A stretch of DNA of 60,364 bases from a virus. Its lineage: Duplodnaviria > Caudoviricetes. Both the position numbers and the translations under genes were made by a program. Each line of letters begins with the position of its first letter. The first letter of the stretch is position 1. The notes under the pieces were generated by a model, which saw only the letters and a program-made list of their open reading frames with translations, was not told the DNA's origin and searched no databases. Positions 57,052-60,364 of the stretch are shown piece by piece. The stretch spans positions 1-60,364 of the IMG/VR virus record IMGVR_UViG_3300043468_000417; one strand, 5' to 3'.

Positions 57052-57852
57052 ATGACAAACGATTTAAAATGGATGTTGTCATCCGATCAGCAGTTCCCTT
57101 ATCAAGACGATAAGATGATTGCGCTATGGTTTAAGGTTATGAAATGGTTTAAACCAGATGTAGTAGATTATCTAGGGGACACAGACGATCAAGCTTGCTA
57201 CAGTAAATATACAGAGGGAAGATCTGCAGAATTTCTTCAGCTTCATAAAGATGATAGCCGTGACTTAATTGTTCCTATGATGAGACATGAAGCAAAAGGT
57301 GCAAGAGACTTTTATGCTAAGACTCGTGAGATGCTTCCAGATGCACAATTGTTTTCAGCATTAGGAAACCATGACATACGTATCTTTGATTATATAGACA
57401 AGAAGCTTCCAGATTATGCAAAGGATGTTACTCCAGAATCCTTATGGTCTTTAGACTCATTAGGATATGAATATATTTACTATGACTCATTGCCTAAGCG
57501 CCGCTTTGGAGATGTTCACGTACACCACGGAATTTCTATTGCAGCAACTGGTTCTGTTCGTAAAGACATGGAAGACCTACAGGTATCTTTAATTAGAGGA
57601 CATTCTCATAGAATCGCTTCGCATATGGTAACATATGAACTTAGAAACGGTGGCGAAGGAGAAACTCTTCGTGGATATGAAATTGGTCACATGTGTGATG
57701 AAAAAGGGCCAGGAATGAAATATACTCAGCACCACGATTGGCAAAAGGGGTTTGCAATTGCACATATTGTAAACGATTACCCACACATTCAAATGATCCA
57801 TATTGCTCCAGACTACTCATGCGTCGTGGACGGAAAGACATTCTCGTTATGA
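57052..57852 (+). CDS. Calcineurin-like metallophosphoesterase
   Basis: SDxQ, GDxxD, GNHD, HHG, GHSH motifs. Confidence 0.9.
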   Translation: MTNDLKWMLSSDQQFPYQDDKMIALWFKVMKWFKPDVVDYLGDTDDQACYSKYTEGRSAEFLQLHKDDSRDLIVPMMRHEAKGARDFYAKTREMLPDAQLFSALGNHDIRIFDYIDKKLPDYAKDVTPESLWSLDSLGYEYIYYDSLPKRRFGDVHVHHGISIAATGSVRKDMEDLQVSLIRGHSHRIASHMVTYELRNGGEGETLRGYEIGHMCDEKGPGMKYTQHHDWQKGFAIAHIVNDYPHIQMIHIAPDYSCVVDGKTFSL

Positions 57853-58037
57853 TGAAATGTCAAAAATGTAATGGTAGAGTATTTGTAGATAGAGTATTCT
57901 CTCAAAAACTACATACAGAATTATTTTGCATCCTTTGCGGTAAGCGATGGATGATTAACAAGGAAACAAGTGCGTTTGGTAAATGGCTAGAGAAAACAGA
58001 CAAAGATTACGCAAAAAGTTCGTCTATTTCTTCTTAA
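57849..58037 (+). CDS. Zn-ribbon protein
   Basis: CQKC...CILCG; start at ATGA overlap 57849. Confidence 0.75.
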   Translation: MMKCQKCNGRVFVDRVFSQKLHTELFCILCGKRWMINKETSAFGKWLEKTDKDYAKSSSISS

Positions 58038-58465
58038 ACGGTAAAGTACATAAAGTACTTAGACTATCAAGAGCTAAAGACGAGGTTGTCGCTTGGTCCT
58101 ATTTAGACAATAAAAGAGTTATGTATTCATATGCTCAAGTAGATAAACATATGGAGCGGGCTTATGGAATTGTAGAAGTAAGCAAAATTATAGGCAGACA
58201 TAGGGTAACTATAGAAGAATATATTTTGCAGGGTAAGGTAAAGCAACCTCAAAAAGTATATCCAATTAGTAATCCAGACAGCAGTTGGTCTAAGTATATG
58301 TTTAGCGAATCGGACATATTGGACATTCATCAATTTATTATTGATGCTGGACATATCAGAGACTTACCTTCAAGATCAGAATTGCAGGCTATTCTCAAAC
58401 ACAGCTTAATATTGTATACTAAGACCGATGACGGTAAATTTGTACCTGTATGGAAGGCGGAGTAA
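57983..58465 (+). CDS. HTH (MerR/Xis-like) DNA-binding protein
   Basis: YGIVEVSKIIGRHRVTIEEYILQG. Confidence 0.65.
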   Translation: MARENRQRLRKKFVYFFLNGKVHKVLRLSRAKDEVVAWSYLDNKRVMYSYAQVDKHMERAYGIVEVSKIIGRHRVTIEEYILQGKVKQPQKVYPISNPDSSWSKYMFSESDILDIHQFIIDAGHIRDLPSRSELQAILKHSLILYTKTDDGKFVPVWKAE

Positions 58466-58671
58466 TGGCAGAAACAAGAGTTAAGGTAGACCTATCTTTT
58501 ACACGTAACCTAGGAAATTACGAAAGCATTAGAATTAATGTTGGCGTTGAAGACGATGTTCGTAAAGGTGAAAATGTAGAGACGGCTACCGAAAGAGTAT
58601 ACGCCTTTGTAGAGAACAAGCTTATTGAAAAGACTCGTGAGGTTGAAAAGGAATTGAACAGTGGCAAATGA
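58465..58671 (+). CDS. Hypothetical protein
   Basis: TRNLGNYESIRI; TAATG overlap. Confidence 0.7.
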   Translation: MAETRVKVDLSFTRNLGNYESIRINVGVEDDVRKGENVETATERVYAFVENKLIEKTREVEKELNSGK

Positions 58672-58981
58672 GAAACAGCCATATGTCCTTATCGGATTAT
58701 ACGAATTACTTTACTCAGAGAAGTATGGCAAAAAGCCAAGGCTTAACAAGTTTCGTGAAAAGTGGGCTATGCAGGACGTTATAGATAGCGTTGGATTTGA
58801 TAGAGCTAAAGATCTTTTGGTATACTATTTTAAAACCAATAAGTCTGGTCACCCACTTAGTTTCTTTTTCTATAACTTTGACAAGATTGATTACATAAAA
58901 TCAGAGCGTGAGAAAGATGAAAAGCATCGTCGATTGCTATTGCAAGCAACGAAAGAATTAGTAGAAGGCGGAAGCGAATGA
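58661..58981 (+). CDS. Hypothetical protein (helicase-adjacent, GTG start)
   Basis: Coupled to helicase. Confidence 0.6.
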   Translation: MANEKQPYVLIGLYELLYSEKYGKKPRLNKFREKWAMQDVIDSVGFDRAKDLLVYYFKTNKSGHPLSFFFYNFDKIDYIKSEREKDEKHRRLLLQATKELVEGGSE

Positions 58982-60222
58982 ATACAGAAGCAGAGTTGCT
59001 ATCAGCAGTATGCAAGAATAAAGATATAAGCACACTACTGGCAGATAATGTAGATGAGATTTTTACATCACATAAAGATATCTGGGATTCGCTTAAGGCA
59101 TATTATTATAAGTTTAAAGCTGTTCCAGAGGCTGGAATTCTTATGGAGCGTTTCAAAGACTTTGAGCCAGTTGAAACAAAGGCTGAGACTGGATACTATT
59201 TAGATAAGTTAAAGAATGAATACCTAACTAGTAGATTAAAGAATATTATTCTTCAAAGCGGATCTGCTTTAAAAGAAGATGCTGCAACCAGAGTACTCGG
59301 AGACCTGCAAGCAAAGCTTTCACAATTGTCTAAGTTTACAAATCATGTTCGTGACGTAGACATTACAGATATTGAATTAGCAGAGAAGCACTTTTTAGCG
59401 GTTAAAGAGCGCTCATCTATTATGGGTGGAGCCCCAGGAATTCTAACAGGGTTTGATGCTATTGATAAAGCATACCCTACAGGAATGGCTCCAGGACACC
59501 TCATCGTGGCTATTGGTTGGCCAGGACGTGGTAAGACATGGTTCACATCTTATCTTGCTTGTAAGGCTTGGGAGCAAGGATTTAAACCTATGATTGTATC
59601 TCTTGAAATGTCTCCAGAGAATATGCGTGATCGTATCTATACAATGATGGGCTCTGGTCTATTCCGTGCATCTGATTTTGCAAGAGGCGATGTTAACGTT
59701 GACACATTTAGATCTTGGGGTCAAAAAAGATTTGAAAATAAGAATGGTTTTATTTTAGTATCTAACGAAGGTATGGGTGAAGTTAATGCTAATACAGTTC
59801 AGGCTAAGATAGACCAGCATAAACCAGATTTAGTTATTCTAGATTATCATCAACTATTTTCAGATAACAAGAGAAGCACTGGTGCAACTGAGCGCAATAT
59901 GAACGTGTCTCGTGAATTTAAAATGCTTGCTATGACAAACAATATTCCAGTAATTGATATTACTGCAGCAACTATGGATGATATTACAGACCAAGATGCT
60001 CCTCCTATGCTATCTCAGGTAGCGTGGTCAAAGGCTATTGAATATGATGCAGACATGGCTATTGCTATTCATAAGTACACGGACACAAATATGATTGAAG
60101 TTGTTAGCAGAAAGAATCGTCATGGGCAGGAGTTCAACGTATTCTTAGATTGGGATATCAACAGGGGTATCATCAAAGAGATTTATGAAAACCCTTTTGC
60201 GAATGACGCATCGAAAAATTAA
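58978..60222 (+). CDS. dnaB: DnaB-like replicative helicase
   Basis: GWPGRGKT Walker A, SLEM, ILDY, IEYDAD, KNRHG. Confidence 0.95.
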   Translation: MNTEAELLSAVCKNKDISTLLADNVDEIFTSHKDIWDSLKAYYYKFKAVPEAGILMERFKDFEPVETKAETGYYLDKLKNEYLTSRLKNIILQSGSALKEDAATRVLGDLQAKLSQLSKFTNHVRDVDITDIELAEKHFLAVKERSSIMGGAPGILTGFDAIDKAYPTGMAPGHLIVAIGWPGRGKTWFTSYLACKAWEQGFKPMIVSLEMSPENMRDRIYTMMGSGLFRASDFARGDVNVDTFRSWGQKRFENKNGFILVSNEGMGEVNANTVQAKIDQHKPDLVILDYHQLFSDNKRSTGATERNMNVSREFKMLAMTNNIPVIDITAATMDDITDQDAPPMLSQVAWSKAIEYDADMAIAIHKYTDTNMIEVVSRKNRHGQEFNVFLDWDINRGIIKEIYENPFANDASKN

Positions 60223-60364
60223 AAGATTCCAAATAGGTGTTGAGTTTCAGGATAATGCACAGCTTATTAGCTTGAGACCACAGTATGAAAATTTGTTAAT
60301 TCAAGACATGAGGGGTAAGGGATACGTCAGAGTACTTGACATAGACCCAGCCTTTTCGGTAGAA
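60203..60364 (+). CDS. Hypothetical protein, truncated by window end
   Basis: MTHRKIKRFQIGVEF... open to the end. Confidence 0.6.
   Translation, partial: MTHRKIKRFQIGVEFQDNAQLISLRPQYENLLIQDMRGKGYVRVLDIDPAFSVE

Noticed and set aside
1-60364. Stop-codon reassignment
   Set aside because: Genes are intact and densely packed under the standard code, using all three stops; no suppressor tRNA

Overview
A 60 kb segment of an AT-rich tailed dsDNA phage (siphovirus-like: HK97-fold capsid, tail tube, 2160-aa tape measure, no sheath). An Actinobacteria host is inferred from gene content and several apparently leaderless genes. Order: small early ORFs, HNH, two glycosyltransferases, four tRNAs, a candidate small RNA, a lysozyme-like gene, class II RNR and a putative holin (1-6.5 kb); a 22 kb array of modular fibre/adhesin genes placed before the portal (6.6-28.2 kb); head, neck and tail modules (28-57 kb); the start of the replication module (phosphoesterase, HTH, DnaB). 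Best leads: (1) the fibre array reads as a branched plug-and-socket assembly in which N-terminal peptide classes match docking-domain classes, including one motif split across two polypeptides, ending in seven different tips; (2) a ~100-nt structured RNA with its own near-consensus promoter and terminator, whose C-rich loop is complementary to an AGGCGGA element upstream of nrdJ, dnaB and a third gene. Also seen: an unannotated -1 frameshift in the tail chaperones and a nested scaffold start inside the protease gene. All protein calls are from motif recognition by eye; no searches were run.
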